From: Coleofasciculus chthonoplastes F2-STO-03
Lineage (GTDB): Bacteria > Cyanobacteriota > Cyanobacteriia > Cyanobacteriales > Coleofasciculaceae
Length of the DNA stretch: 64,000 bases
Assembly (NCBI GenBank): GCA_040222015.1
Contig: JAVJWO010000130.1
Coordinates: 64,001 to 128,000, forward strand
Direction: 5' to 3'
A program made the position numbers and the translations under genes. This document shows, piece by piece, positions 41,330-51,691 of the stretch (position 1 is its first letter; each line of letters opens with the position of its first letter). A model generated the notes under the pieces. It was not told the DNA's origin, made no database searches, and was given only the letters and a program-made list of their open reading frames with translations.

Positions 41330-41371
41330 TATGCTGCAATCGGCGGAGTTGATCGAAATCTATATCGCCCA
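41301..41371 (+). pseudogene. 5' fragment of a HEPN/DUF86 toxin
   Basis: MQRNLQFLLDMLQSAELIEIY overlaps the MNT stop as in MNT-HEPN pairs, then breaks off. Confidence 0.6.
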
Positions 41372-41704
41372 ATGGCTACGCTACTTACAGAAATACGTCA
41401 GAAATTTGCTGAGGAACGGTTTGAATTTTCCAAACACGCTGTCGATCAATCCATCTTACGAAAAATTCGAGTTCAAGAAATCAGAGAAGTGATTGCCAAT
41501 GGTCAAATTATTGAGGACTACCCAGAAGATAAATACGGTCCTAGTTGTTTAATTTTAGGTTTGACAGCGATGAAACGTCCGCTTCACATTCAGTGCAGTT
41601 ATCCTACCCGTTCACTGGTCAAAATTATTACACTATACGAACCCAACCCCCAAAAATGGAATAACAACTTTACGCAAAGGAGACTAAATAGCGATGACGC
41701 CTAA
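41372..41704 (+). CDS. DUF4258-like putative toxin
   Basis: FSKHAVDQ, IIEDYPEDKYGPSCLILG, RPLHIQCS, IITLYEP. Confidence 0.75.
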   Translation: MATLLTEIRQKFAEERFEFSKHAVDQSILRKIRVQEIREVIANGQIIEDYPEDKYGPSCLILGLTAMKRPLHIQCSYPTRSLVKIITLYEPNPQKWNNNFTQRRLNSDDA

Positions 41705-41927
41705 CTCACAAGCAGCTTATGTTGAGAAACAAGTAACCTACACCTTAAATCTGAATGGTCAAATTATTGTGATCGAAAACGTCCCTGCCCGTGTTAATGA
41801 AGAAACAGGGGAACAGTTTTTCTCCCCCTCAACCGTAGAACGTTTACAACAGACCCTTTTAGATCACCCAGAACCCGACCATTTTATCCGCGTTCCGGTG
41901 TACAACTATTCAAAAAATGTAGCATAA
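41694..41927 (+). CDS. YgiT/MqsA-N-like small protein lacking the zinc cysteines
   Basis: VTYTL...IIVIENVPARVNEETGEQFFS; overlaps the DUF4258-like gene. Confidence 0.7.
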   Translation: MTPNSQAAYVEKQVTYTLNLNGQIIVIENVPARVNEETGEQFFSPSTVERLQQTLLDHPEPDHFIRVPVYNYSKNVA

Positions 41928-41951
41928 ATCCTCTGCCAAAAAATTTCTCCC

Positions 41952-44033
41952 TTGCCCATGACCAAACCTAACACCATTCCCGCCGTTTCCGTCACCTACG
42001 CCCAAGCTGGTACTTCCACTCGCCTCAATGAACTAGGGATGCGCCCGATGCAGGAACGGGCTTACCAAAAGCGGGGAGAACAATACCTGTTGATTAAATC
42101 CCCCCCTGCCTCTGGTAAAAGTCGCGCCCTGATGTTCATCGCCCTGGATAAGCTCGAAAACCAGGGATTACAACAAGCCATTATCGTTGTCCCTGAAAAG
42201 TCCATCGGGGCAAGTTTTCACAATGAACCCTTGAGTCAGTTTGGCTTCTGGGCAGATTGGCAAGTTGAACCCAAGTGGAACCTCTGCGACGCACCTGGAA
42301 CCGATGGGGGTAAGGTCGATGCAGTTCGGAAATTCCTTGATAGTGAAGCGAAAGTGCTGGTCTGTACCCATGCCACCTTTCGCTTTGCCGTGGATAAATT
42401 CGGCGTGGAAGCCCTGGATAACCGCTTAATTGCCGTCGATGAGTTTCACCACATTTCCGCCAACCCCGACAACAAATTAGGCGATATTATACGTCAACTG
42501 ATGACCCGCGACAAAACCCACATTGTCGCCATGACGGGTTCTTATTTTCGCGGGGATGCCGAAGCGGTGCTACATCCTGATGATGAGGCGAGATTTGATA
42601 CCGTCACCTACACCTATTACGAACAACTCAACGGCTATCAATACCTCAAACAACTGGATATCGGCTACTACTTCTATGCAGGAAGCTACACCGACGCAAT
42701 CATGGAGGTACTCAATCCCCAGGAGAAGACCATTATCCACATCCCCAATGTCAACTCCCGCGAAAGTACCAAAGATAAAATCCGCGAAGTCGAACACATC
42801 ATCGAGGAACTAGGAGAATGGCAAGGAACTGACCCCGCAACCGGGTTTCAACTCGTACAAACCGCCGATGGTAAACTCTTGAAGATTGCCGACCTCGTAG
42901 ACGACGACCCCAGCAAGCGAGATAAGGTCACGGCTAGTCTGAAAGACCCCAGCCAGAAAAATAAGCGCGATCGCGTGGATATCATTATCGCCCTGGGTAT
43001 GGCAAAAGAAGGCTTCGACTGGATTTGGTGCGAACACGCCCTTACCATCGGCTATCGTTCCAGCCTCACCGAGATTGTCCAAATCATCGGTCGCGCCACC
43101 CGTGATGCCCCAGGGAAAACCCGCGCCCGTTTCACCAACCTCATCGCTGAACCGGATGCCAGCGAAACTGCCGTCACCGAGGCAGTCAACGACACCCTCA
43201 AAGCCATTGCTGCCAGCCTCTTGATGGAACAGGTACTTGCCCCCCGCTTCGAGTTCAAACCCAAAAACCCCAACAATCAACCCACTCCAGGCTTTGACTA
43301 CGGAGAAAATGGCTACAATCCCCAGGGGTGTAATGTGGGAGTCAATGCAGAAACGGGACAAATTCAACTGGAAATTAAAGGACTCGCTGAACCCAAAAGC
43401 CAGGAAGCCCAACGGGTTTGTCGGGAGGACTTAACCGAACTGGTGACAGCTTTTGTCCAAGATAAGCCCACCATCGAGCGGGGCTTGTTCGATGAAGAAC
43501 TGGTGCCAGAAGAACTGACCCAGGTGCGGATGGGCAAAATTATCAAAGAGAAATTTCCCAACTTTGAACACGAGGATCAAGAAGCAGTTCGCCAACACGC
43601 GATCGCGGCGCTTAACCTCGTCCAACAAGCCAAGCAAACCGTAAATGAAAAGGGTGGGACGTATAATGTAAATCCCCGTGAGGTTGAAGGGACGAAAAAC
43701 ACCGCCCTCATCGACGGAATCAGGCAGTTCGCCCTCTCGGTCACGGAACTGGACATGGATTTGATTGATCGCATCAATCCCTTTGGGGAAGCCTACGCCA
43801 TTCTAGCTAAGTCCATGAGCGAAGAACGGCTCAAGCAAGTCGCAGCAGTCATTGCTGCCAAGCGGGTCAGCCTCTCGGTTGATGAAGCCAGAGAACTCGC
43901 CAAACGCGCCGTGCGATTCAAGCAGGAACGGGGGCGATTACCCTCCCTCACGGCAACTGACCCCTGGGAAAAACGCATGGCAGAAGGGGTGGCATTCCTG
44001 CAACGTAAAGTGAAGGAGGAAAACAATGGTTAA
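41952..44033 (+). CDS. YeeB-like superfamily 2 helicase
   Basis: SPPASGKS, DEFHH, MTGSYFRGD, EGFDW, QIIGRATRD. Confidence 0.88.
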   Translation: MPMTKPNTIPAVSVTYAQAGTSTRLNELGMRPMQERAYQKRGEQYLLIKSPPASGKSRALMFIALDKLENQGLQQAIIVVPEKSIGASFHNEPLSQFGFWADWQVEPKWNLCDAPGTDGGKVDAVRKFLDSEAKVLVCTHATFRFAVDKFGVEALDNRLIAVDEFHHISANPDNKLGDIIRQLMTRDKTHIVAMTGSYFRGDAEAVLHPDDEARFDTVTYTYYEQLNGYQYLKQLDIGYYFYAGSYTDAIMEVLNPQEKTIIHIPNVNSRESTKDKIREVEHIIEELGEWQGTDPATGFQLVQTADGKLLKIADLVDDDPSKRDKVTASLKDPSQKNKRDRVDIIIALGMAKEGFDWIWCEHALTIGYRSSLTEIVQIIGRATRDAPGKTRARFTNLIAEPDASETAVTEAVNDTLKAIAASLLMEQVLAPRFEFKPKNPNNQPTPGFDYGENGYNPQGCNVGVNAETGQIQLEIKGLAEPKSQEAQRVCREDLTELVTAFVQDKPTIERGLFDEELVPEELTQVRMGKIIKEKFPNFEHEDQEAVRQHAIAALNLVQQAKQTVNEKGGTYNVNPREVEGTKNTALIDGIRQFALSVTELDMDLIDRINPFGEAYAILAKSMSEERLKQVAAVIAAKRVSLSVDEARELAKRAVRFKQERGRLPSLTATDPWEKRMAEGVAFLQRKVKEENNG

Positions 44034-45246
44034 ACACACCACCGATGCCGATTTAGACCTGCTCGCGGAATTGGGGGTAGATACCGCCCCTGCACCCAAA
44101 GTCAAGCGTACCCCCAGAGAAGAACGGATCATCGCTGGATTTGAGGAAATCGAACGCTTTGTCACCGAACAAGGGCGACTTCCTCAACACGGGGAAGACC
44201 GGGATATTTTTGAGCGCCTCTATGCCGTGCGCTTGGATTGTTTGCGGAACTCGGAGGAATGTCGCACCCTCCTCGAACCGCTAGACTCACGGGGTATCCT
44301 CAAGGCTGACACCGATCTTAACCTCCCTCCAGAAACAGACCTGGATGATGAAGCCCTGTTAGCCTCCCTGGGGGTTGAGGCAACACCAGGGAACGATATT
44401 AACCAGCTTACCCATGTGCGATCGCGTAGCGTTGCCGGAGGCAAATCGCGTCAGGAGATTAAAGCTGCCGAAGAAATTGCCCAACGCACCCCCTGTCAGG
44501 ACTTTAAACAGTTCAAACCCATCTTTAAAAAAGTGCAACAGGACTTAGAAACTGGGGCTAGAGAAACCCTGAAATATCGGGATGATGCCACGGTCAATCA
44601 GGGGGATTTCTTTATTCTGGATGGGCAAAAGTTGATCGTTGCCGATCTAGGTGAACCGTTTATCAGCGATTATGGTAAGCCAGACCGCAGGTTAAGAGTC
44701 ATTTACGACAATGGGACAGAGAGTAATTTATTGCTGCGATCGCTCCAACGGGCATTAAATAAGGACAAAACCAGTCGTCGCATCACCAACCCTGATTTTA
44801 GTTCCCTGCCCCTGTTTGCCCAAACAGAAGCCGAAGACGATATCACAACGGGCTACATCTATGTGCTGAGAAGCAAATCCGACGATCCCTTCATTGTTCA
44901 GAATTATGAGTTAGTCCACAAAATTGGTGTCACGGTCGGCGATGTCAAAAAGCGAATTGCCAACGCGAAAAAAGACCCAACCTACCTACTCGCAGAGGTA
45001 GAAATCGTCGCTACCTTCAAACTGGCTAATATCAACCCAAAGAAACTGGAAGCACTCCTGCACAAGTTTTTCGATAATGTTCGTTTAGATATGGAATTGC
45101 GCGATCGCTTTGGCATTCCCGTACAGCCGAGAGAGTGGTTTCTCGTGCCATTAGAAGCGATTGAAGAAGTCATTGCCAAAATCAAGGCAGGAACAATCGA
45201 TCAATTTCGCTACGATCCAGAAACCGCAAGTCTCACGCGATCGTAA
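44026..45246 (+). CDS. YeeC-like GIY-YIG (T5orf172-type) nuclease
   Basis: GYIYVLRS...HKIGVT...KKRIAN...LEALLHKFF...PREWF; overlaps the helicase stop. Confidence 0.85.
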   Translation: MVKHTTDADLDLLAELGVDTAPAPKVKRTPREERIIAGFEEIERFVTEQGRLPQHGEDRDIFERLYAVRLDCLRNSEECRTLLEPLDSRGILKADTDLNLPPETDLDDEALLASLGVEATPGNDINQLTHVRSRSVAGGKSRQEIKAAEEIAQRTPCQDFKQFKPIFKKVQQDLETGARETLKYRDDATVNQGDFFILDGQKLIVADLGEPFISDYGKPDRRLRVIYDNGTESNLLLRSLQRALNKDKTSRRITNPDFSSLPLFAQTEAEDDITTGYIYVLRSKSDDPFIVQNYELVHKIGVTVGDVKKRIANAKKDPTYLLAEVEIVATFKLANINPKKLEALLHKFFDNVRLDMELRDRFGIPVQPREWFLVPLEAIEEVIAKIKAGTIDQFRYDPETASLTRS

Positions 45247-45333
45247 TACCATCCAAAGAGAACAGCTTCACGAAGACGGTTTAATCTAAACCGCGACTCT
45301 CCTTACATAATCTTTATATAATTTTGGATTTTC

Positions 45334-45423
45334 ATGAAACCGCTTTATATTGAAGCAGTGGGGCAGCAGATTGAGAGTATAGAACAATTCAAAAAAGGCT
45401 TGCTGCAAAAAATGTTTGTTTAG
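45334..45423 (+). pseudogene. 3' remnant of a type I restriction specificity subunit (HsdS)
   Basis: Manual translation ...QQIESIEQFKKGLLQKMFV*, a typical HsdS C-terminus. Confidence 0.65.
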
Positions 45424-45498
45424 CTTGTTAAAATCAAACCAAATAACCCAGAACTAAACTACCCCCAAGCAGCGACAAACTTAGGAGGTCACGAAACC

Positions 45499-46095
45499 AT
45501 GATTGCAGCCCCAGAAAAATTCCCCACCCTAACCCCTGAAGAATACTTCACTTGGGAAGAACAGCAACTAGAAAAACACGAGCTGATCGACGGTCAAGTT
45601 TATGCCATGAGTGGCGGTAGTGTTAATCATGGTCGCCTTGCCATTAGACTTACAGTCATGTTTGATAATCACCTAGAAAATAGCAGTTGCATCACGGGCA
45701 ATTCTGACATCAAAATTAATATTCTTGAGACTAATAACTACACCTACCCCGATGCCAGCGTCACTTGCGACGATCGCGACAAAACCACAACCCAATACAT
45801 TACCTATCCCTGCTTAGTCGTTGAAGTTCTTTCCCCCAGCACCGAAGCCTATGACAGAGGCAGAAAATTTAGAATGTATCGCCATAATCCAGCCCTACAA
45901 GACTATTTGTTAGTCAGTTCCACCCGCCTCGAAATCGATTTGTATCACAAAAAAGAGACAGGCGAATGGCTGATCATTAACTACCAAGCAGGCGACACCA
46001 TCGAACTCAAAAGCATCAATCTAAATTTTCCCATTGAGCAAATCTATCGCAACCTCGACCTCAACCCAGAAACTGAATCAACTCAATTACTCTAA
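45499..46095 (+). CDS. Uma2-family endonuclease
   Basis: KHELIDGQVYAMSGG, YPDASVTCD, VVEVLSPSTEAYDRGRKF; AGGAGG RBS. Confidence 0.92.
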   Translation: MIAAPEKFPTLTPEEYFTWEEQQLEKHELIDGQVYAMSGGSVNHGRLAIRLTVMFDNHLENSSCITGNSDIKINILETNNYTYPDASVTCDDRDKTTTQYITYPCLVVEVLSPSTEAYDRGRKFRMYRHNPALQDYLLVSSTRLEIDLYHKKETGEWLIINYQAGDTIELKSINLNFPIEQIYRNLDLNPETESTQLL

Positions 46096-46098
46096 ACT

Positions 46099-46383
46099 CT
46101 ATTCCCTGATACGAATGTACTTATAGAATTCTATAAAGGCAATCCCGCGATCGTCCAGGAGCTAAGACAGATCGGCATCGCGCAACTAGCAATCAGCGTG
46201 ATTGCCCAAGCCGAACTCTACTACGGTGCGCTCAACAAAGCCGAATTACTCAGAATCCAAAAACACCTAAATCTACTGCACAACCTGCCGATTGATCGGC
46301 AAGTCTCCAGTCAGTTCATTGAACTCATGGTGCAAGGACTTATACACGATGTTCTACATTGCTTAAGCTTTCCTAGAAGGTAA
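46099..46383 (+). pseudogene. Truncated VapC/PIN toxin
   Basis: Frame reads DTNVLIEFYKG...ISVIAQAELYYG; no start codon and no C-terminal acidic motif. Confidence 0.7.
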
Positions 46384-46449
46384 AGGGCTTTCTTTTTCCA
46401 AGCATTCTAACGTTAAAATGAGGTTATCTATTTAGTGCAAAACGAGCCA

Positions 46450-47079
46450 ATGCTAACCCTAGACGAACTCATTGCCGAAGCCACTGCCCTCTCTGATGCT
46501 GACAAAGCAATCCTGATTGATAAACTGACAGCAAGCATGGACGAACAATGCACTGCTCCAAAAACCGCAACCATTCCCCCCGCTACTCTCACTAAACTCC
46601 GAGGATTTCTAGTATTATCGCTTTTCCTATATGGCATAGCACTTGCGCTACCTTGCCTTTTGTTTAATGTAGTTCCTACAGACTCTGTTGGCGTGAGTCC
46701 CTCTGACCCTAATGACGTTTATGCCATGAAGGGGATCGAACTGACTTTCTTTGGCATTATTGGATTACTTTTTCTGCAAATTCCCGCGATTGGATGGTTC
46801 GCTAATCCACTCTATTGGTTGTGCTGCATCACTTTTATAATGCAACGATACAGGTTCTCAGCTATAGCTGGAATAGCCGCCGTTCTTATTGGTTTTGGAG
46901 GAACATTTTCAGCATTTTGGTTCAAATTACCCGCTGATAGCGGTGGCGTTTCTGAATTTGCCCTGAACCAATTATTATTGGGTTTCTGGCTGTGGCTAGC
47001 GGCTCCTGGCTTAATAGCCCTAGTTTCTATCATCGGTCTATTAAAACAGCCAGCCCGATTAAGCACTAGAAGCGATTAA
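46450..47079 (+). CDS. Chimeric membrane protein: duplicated antitoxin-like N-terminus plus four TM segments
   Basis: 46445-46604 near-identical to 40759-40918; hydrophobic remainder with WFANP and GFWLW. Confidence 0.6.
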   Translation: MLTLDELIAEATALSDADKAILIDKLTASMDEQCTAPKTATIPPATLTKLRGFLVLSLFLYGIALALPCLLFNVVPTDSVGVSPSDPNDVYAMKGIELTFFGIIGLLFLQIPAIGWFANPLYWLCCITFIMQRYRFSAIAGIAAVLIGFGGTFSAFWFKLPADSGGVSEFALNQLLLGFWLWLAAPGLIALVSIIGLLKQPARLSTRSD

Positions 47080-47094
47080 GAGGGGAGCAATAGA

Positions 47095-47230
47095 TATAGC
47101 GCTACGCGCTAGGCAATGGGCAATAGGCAATAGGCAATGGGCTTTCTTTGAAGAAAGAAGCTTACCGTATAAGGGATTGAGCGATTTAAATTTTTCTTCA
47201 TTTGTCCTAACGTGTGTGCGTAGTGCTATA
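47095..47230. mobile_element. TA-flanked MITE with internal (GGCAATR)n heptamers
   Basis: TATAGCGCTACGC...GCGTAGTGCTATA inverted ends. Confidence 0.7.
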
Positions 47231-47267
47231 AGAGCTATGAAAACTAAACCTGTCAAGGCAACTTGTA

Positions 47268-48059
47268 ATGAAAAAACATCCCGTAACTTGGTTCTACATC
47301 TTAGCGTTTAGCTTCTCATGGCTTGGCATGATATCAGCCGCCTTAGGTTCGCGAGCTATTGCCCCATTTGACAGTCCCTACGTCCAGATTCTTTCCATCT
47401 TTTATGCCGTTGGACCGGCGCTTGCGGCTGTGATTGTGTCACAAGTGGCCGATGGGAAAACAGGGGTGCAAGAATTGGATCAGGGGCTTATTCAATGGCG
47501 GGTTAGTCTAGTATGGTACATCGTAGCGGTGCTCGGTCCTGTTGTTCTTGCCATTGCGGCACAAGTCGTCACAAAATTACTTAGCTTGCCCGTAACAATC
47601 GCAGTGCCACAAGGCAATTTATCTTTCTACGCCATTTTTGGTTTCGTGATTAATTTCTTCGCCAATACCTGTGAAGAAATTGGGTGGCGTGGTTTCGCAT
47701 TGCCACGATTGCAGAAACGACATAATGCCTTGACTGCCACCCTCATAGTGGGCATATTGTGGGGTTTTTGGCATTTGCCGCTTGTCTTTTTGGTAGGCAA
47801 CCCGATGTCTGAGTTTCCTTTCCTCTGGTTCATCATGATCGTGACCAATGCTTTTATCTATACTTGGATTTACAACAGTACTAAAGGCAGTATTTTGCTC
47901 GTGGCACTTTTTCATGGTTCGCTGAACATATTTGGAGCATTTATACCTGGAGTGTCTCCTATCTCGGATGTCCTTCTGAATTGTGTGGTGGCTATCATCC
48001 TGATCGCCGTGTTTGGAAGAACGAATCTCTCTCGCCGAAAAAGAGTTTGTGCGGGCTAA
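47268..48059 (+). CDS. CPBP/Abi-family intramembrane metalloprotease
   Basis: EEIGWRG, WGFWH, ALFHGSLN. Confidence 0.92.
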   Translation: MKKHPVTWFYILAFSFSWLGMISAALGSRAIAPFDSPYVQILSIFYAVGPALAAVIVSQVADGKTGVQELDQGLIQWRVSLVWYIVAVLGPVVLAIAAQVVTKLLSLPVTIAVPQGNLSFYAIFGFVINFFANTCEEIGWRGFALPRLQKRHNALTATLIVGILWGFWHLPLVFLVGNPMSEFPFLWFIMIVTNAFIYTWIYNSTKGSILLVALFHGSLNIFGAFIPGVSPISDVLLNCVVAIILIAVFGRTNLSRRKRVCAG

Positions 48060-48084
48060 AATCTGGTTCCAACTAACCGTTAGG

Positions 48085-48375
48085 CTCCTGAGTGATTAAC
48101 ACAATGGTCTTGGGCCTGCTGGCTGCTGTCTTCGGTTGTTAGACCACAGTTGCCCACCTTAGGTATGGTGCTGTTTATCGCGGGGATTTTTGGCCCCGGT
48201 ATCGCGGCGATATCTGTGGTGAGGTATGCCAGTGGACAGAACGGGCTGCATAGTTGGCTCTGGCGTTCTCTTCAATGGCGGCTTGGCTGGCGCTGGCTGG
48301 CTCTCTCGTTTTTCTTGCCTCTGGCAGTCATGGCGCTGGCCGCCGCTGTGCACATTGCCCTGGGCATTCCATCCG
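48085..48375 (+). pseudogene. N-terminal fragment of a second CPBP-like gene
   Basis: GIFGPGIAA...QWRLGWRWLALSFFLP parallels the upstream CPBP N-terminus; lacks catalytic motifs. Confidence 0.5.
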
Positions 48376-48681
48376 ATGACAAGGAACTTCCCCGAAATCA
48401 TTACCAGTCCGAGTCTTCACCGACAACCGATCGCCCAGTCAATCGACATAGCTGGTCAGTTTTACAAAGTAATTTTTCAGTTTGTTAAGGCTTTGGTAAC
48501 TCTTGTATCATCCTCACTACAATCGTGAGTTGAGTGGTTCGAGATGAGTTATGGTAAAAAAAACCAAGCAATCCTTAAGTAATTCTTAAAGGAGTCGTGT
48601 TCTTTGCCAGATCGCGACACGGCGTTGGAAAACCAGCTTTATTTCTCGGCTGCTGCCACTTTACCTAAGGAAGGAGATTGT

Positions 48682-48915
48682 ATGACTCCCACAATGCTGC
48701 GTCAGTTGTGGTCTTTAATTGAAATGACTCAATCTAATCTGCTACTGAAACTTGACGATGCTAGTCTGGTTCAGTGGATACTCAAGCAATTCAAACAAGA
48801 GCGAGGTCTTAACTCAGAGGAAATGCATATTTTGAATGACTATCTCTATAATCGCTTGTCTCTGATCCGGGATCTGGCAGAACAACGGTATGCAACGAGT
48901 CACTCGTCATCCTAG
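48682..48915 (+). CDS. Small cyanobacterial hypothetical protein
   Basis: AAGGAG RBS; MTPTMLRQLWSLIE...RLSLIRDLA. Confidence 0.7.
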   Translation: MTPTMLRQLWSLIEMTQSNLLLKLDDASLVQWILKQFKQERGLNSEEMHILNDYLYNRLSLIRDLAEQRYATSHSSS

Positions 48916-49434
48916 TGCAATTTGGCTGTAAATACCCATCAGTTCACAAAAGAGGGGGGTGATGGGGTGAACGGGTGACAGTATACAGACGATTGAGGTG
49001 GGCAATAACACGTTCTTGATAACCTGAGCATTTCCTTCTTTGATCACTCTTGCCCACCCGACTTCAACTTGAATTGACTTATTCTCAACATTTATTAAAA
49101 AATATTTCGGTAAATTACTATATATTTCGTGCCTAACCAGCGCTACGTTGCCGCTAATCCCTGGGAATGGTATAGGGAATCTGTTTCAGCGTTTATCCAT
49201 CTTGTCAGATTAAGACAAGGGGTTTACACTTTGATCAGGACAGGGAAGAAGGCTTCGTAGTCAACCTTCGGTTAATGGATCTCAGCTAAGAGAGGTTCCT
49301 CTTCCCCCCCAAATATTAAGCTTTTTTAAAAGGTAGACCTGATACAGAAACCTAGGTGATTATTGACTACACTTAATGAGAATTACTTTTAACAAGTTGT
49401 AGAATTCGTTTCCCATCATCGGAGTCAAGAAGAT

Positions 49435-50055
49435 ATGGAATGTCACAAATGTCAAAATACTTGCCACCACAAGCCCAGTAGAGGGAGTGGCTGGAAATGG
49501 TGGGGAAAACCGCCGCAACCATCACCTCTGAAAACTGAACCCATTCCCCAAGTGGCTTTGGTGGGAACGCCCAATGTGGGTAAAAGTGTTCTGTTTAATG
49601 CCCTGACGGGTACGTATGTCACCGTCTCCAACTATCCCGGTACAACAGTGGAAGTCTCCAGGGGTCAGATGACGGTTGGGGATCGCCCGTTTGCGGTGGT
49701 GGATACGCCGGGAATGTATTCCCTACTCCCGATTACCGAAGAGGAAAAAGTATCGCGGGATTTATTACTCAGCGAATCAGTAGACTTGGTGATTCATGTC
49801 GTCGATGCCAAAAACTTAGGGCGGATGCTTCCGTTGACGTTTCAGCTTATTGAAGCGGGTTTGCCTGTGCTGTTAGCCGTCAACATGATCGATGAAGCCG
49901 AACAACTGGGGATTGAGATTCACCGGGATCATCTGGAAATGGAATTAGGGATTCCGGTTGTCACTATGGCAGCTGCACTGAATGTTGGTTTACGAGATTT
50001 GAAATATAAGGTGGGTGATTATGTTAAGTCAGGTTGCTTATCCGGAACCTATTGA
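49435..50055 (+). CDS. feoB: FeoB GTPase domain as a separate ORF
   Basis: GTPNVGKS, NYPGTTVE, DTPGMYSL, NMID; N-terminal CHKCQNTCHH. Confidence 0.9.
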   Translation: MECHKCQNTCHHKPSRGSGWKWWGKPPQPSPLKTEPIPQVALVGTPNVGKSVLFNALTGTYVTVSNYPGTTVEVSRGQMTVGDRPFAVVDTPGMYSLLPITEEEKVSRDLLLSESVDLVIHVVDAKNLGRMLPLTFQLIEAGLPVLLAVNMIDEAEQLGIEIHRDHLEMELGIPVVTMAAALNVGLRDLKYKVGDYVKSGCLSGTY

Positions 50056-51472
50056 GGGGGCGATCGCGAAACTGGAGTCGTTGTTATCACGATTGTCGCT
50101 ATCCCAGGATTATCCCCTGTCTCGGCGCAGTATTGCCTTACTCCTGTTGCAAAAAGATCCGGCACTTTGGCAACAACTTCAGATTCAGGATACAGAAGCG
50201 GAAATTAAAGCCGCGATCGCAGATGCTGAGAGTCAGTTGGATGAACCGCTAATCGCAGTTATTGCTAAGGCGCGTCAGCAACGGGCGTGGGCGATCGAAC
50301 AAATTGTCCTCAGCGAATCGAGTCAAGAGAAAACCCCATTAGCGGAACGACTGCACCAACTCACAGTTAATCCGTGGACAGGATTTCCGATTTTGCTGGC
50401 GATTCTCTATTACGGGGTTTACAAATTTGTCGGCGAATTCGGCGCGGGGACGATGGTGGATACCATTGAAACCTTTTTTGAGACATATATTAATCCCGTT
50501 GTCAACCAAACGGTAACGGTAATTTTGCCCTGGCAACCCTTACAGGATTTAATCGCCAACGACTACGGGATTATTACCCTAGGGATTCGCTATGCCGTGG
50601 CGATTGTCTTACCTGTGGTTGCCACATTCTTTTTCATGTTTTCCTTCCTGGAAGACAGTGGCTATCTGCCGCGATTATCCCTGATGCTGGATAACCTGTT
50701 TAAAGCGATCGGGTTATCGGGGCGGGCGGTGATTCCGATTGTGTTGGGATTAGGGTGTGACACCATGGCAACCTTAGTTACCCGAACCCTGGAAACGACA
50801 CGGGAACGACTGATTGCCACGTTTTTACTCTCCTTAGCCATTCCCTGTGCCGCACAGTGGGGGGTGATTGTGGGATTGTTAGCCCAAAAACCCGCCGCGT
50901 TGTTGATTTGGGGTGGAGTTATTGGGGCAATTTTTATGATTACGGGCTATCTAAGCGCCCGAATGCTGCCGGGAAACCCAGCTAGTTTTTACATGGAAAT
51001 TCCCCCCTTGCGCTTTCCCAAACTGCAAAACATTCTGGTGAAAACCTATCTCAGAATGAAGTGGTATTTTTTGGAAATTCTGCCCCTATTTATTTGGGCA
51101 TCGGTGATTATTTGGTTTGGGCGTTTGACCGGGTTGTTTGGCTGGATTATCCAGGGGATTGAGCCGATTGCTTTAGGGTTAGGATTGCCCAGAGAAGCTG
51201 CGCCGATCTTTTTATATGGTTTCTTCCGGCGGGATTACGGCGCGGCTGGATTATTTGATATGCAACAAGAGGGAATTTTTACGGGGAATCAGTTGGTGGT
51301 GACAGCGATTGTGTTAACCCTGTTTTTACCTTGTATTGCCCAACTGCAAGTAATGTTGAAAGAGCGCGGGGCGAAAGTAACTTGGGCGATTGTGGCGTTT
51401 ATTTTTCCCTTTGCCTTTTTTGTGGGATATTTGGTCAATAGTTTGTTAACTGGATTAGGAGTAACGATTTAA
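50021..51472 (+). CDS. feoB: FeoB membrane domain as a separate ORF
   Basis: LEDSGYLPR, GLSGRAVIP, GLGC, IPC, FYMEIPPLR, LPCIA. Confidence 0.9.
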   Translation: MLSQVAYPEPIEGAIAKLESLLSRLSLSQDYPLSRRSIALLLLQKDPALWQQLQIQDTEAEIKAAIADAESQLDEPLIAVIAKARQQRAWAIEQIVLSESSQEKTPLAERLHQLTVNPWTGFPILLAILYYGVYKFVGEFGAGTMVDTIETFFETYINPVVNQTVTVILPWQPLQDLIANDYGIITLGIRYAVAIVLPVVATFFFMFSFLEDSGYLPRLSLMLDNLFKAIGLSGRAVIPIVLGLGCDTMATLVTRTLETTRERLIATFLLSLAIPCAAQWGVIVGLLAQKPAALLIWGGVIGAIFMITGYLSARMLPGNPASFYMEIPPLRFPKLQNILVKTYLRMKWYFLEILPLFIWASVIIWFGRLTGLFGWIIQGIEPIALGLGLPREAAPIFLYGFFRRDYGAAGLFDMQQEGIFTGNQLVVTAIVLTLFLPCIAQLQVMLKERGAKVTWAIVAFIFPFAFFVGYLVNSLLTGLGVTI

Positions 51473-51691
51473 ATGATTGCACTAGCATCGGTTAAACGGG
51501 GAAATAGCGGCACCGTTGCTGCGTTGAAGACGAAGGATGAGATGACGTTGCAGAAGTTGATGGCGATGGGGATTAGTCCCGGAATGCCGATTCTGTTGGA
51601 GCAGCGGTTTCCTTCTTATATTATTAAGGTGGGCAGAACTCGGGCGGCGTTGGATCGGGAAATGGCAAAGATTATTTATTTGCATCGCTAA
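51473..51691 (+). CDS. feoA: FeoA
   Basis: KLMAMGISPG...IIKVGRTRAAL; follows feoB. Confidence 0.9.
   Translation: MIALASVKRGNSGTVAALKTKDEMTLQKLMAMGISPGMPILLEQRFPSYIIKVGRTRAALDREMAKIIYLHR

Noticed and set aside
42168..45185. Many overlapping alternative-frame ORFs within the helicase and nuclease genes
   Set aside because: Shadow ORFs with no independent evidence
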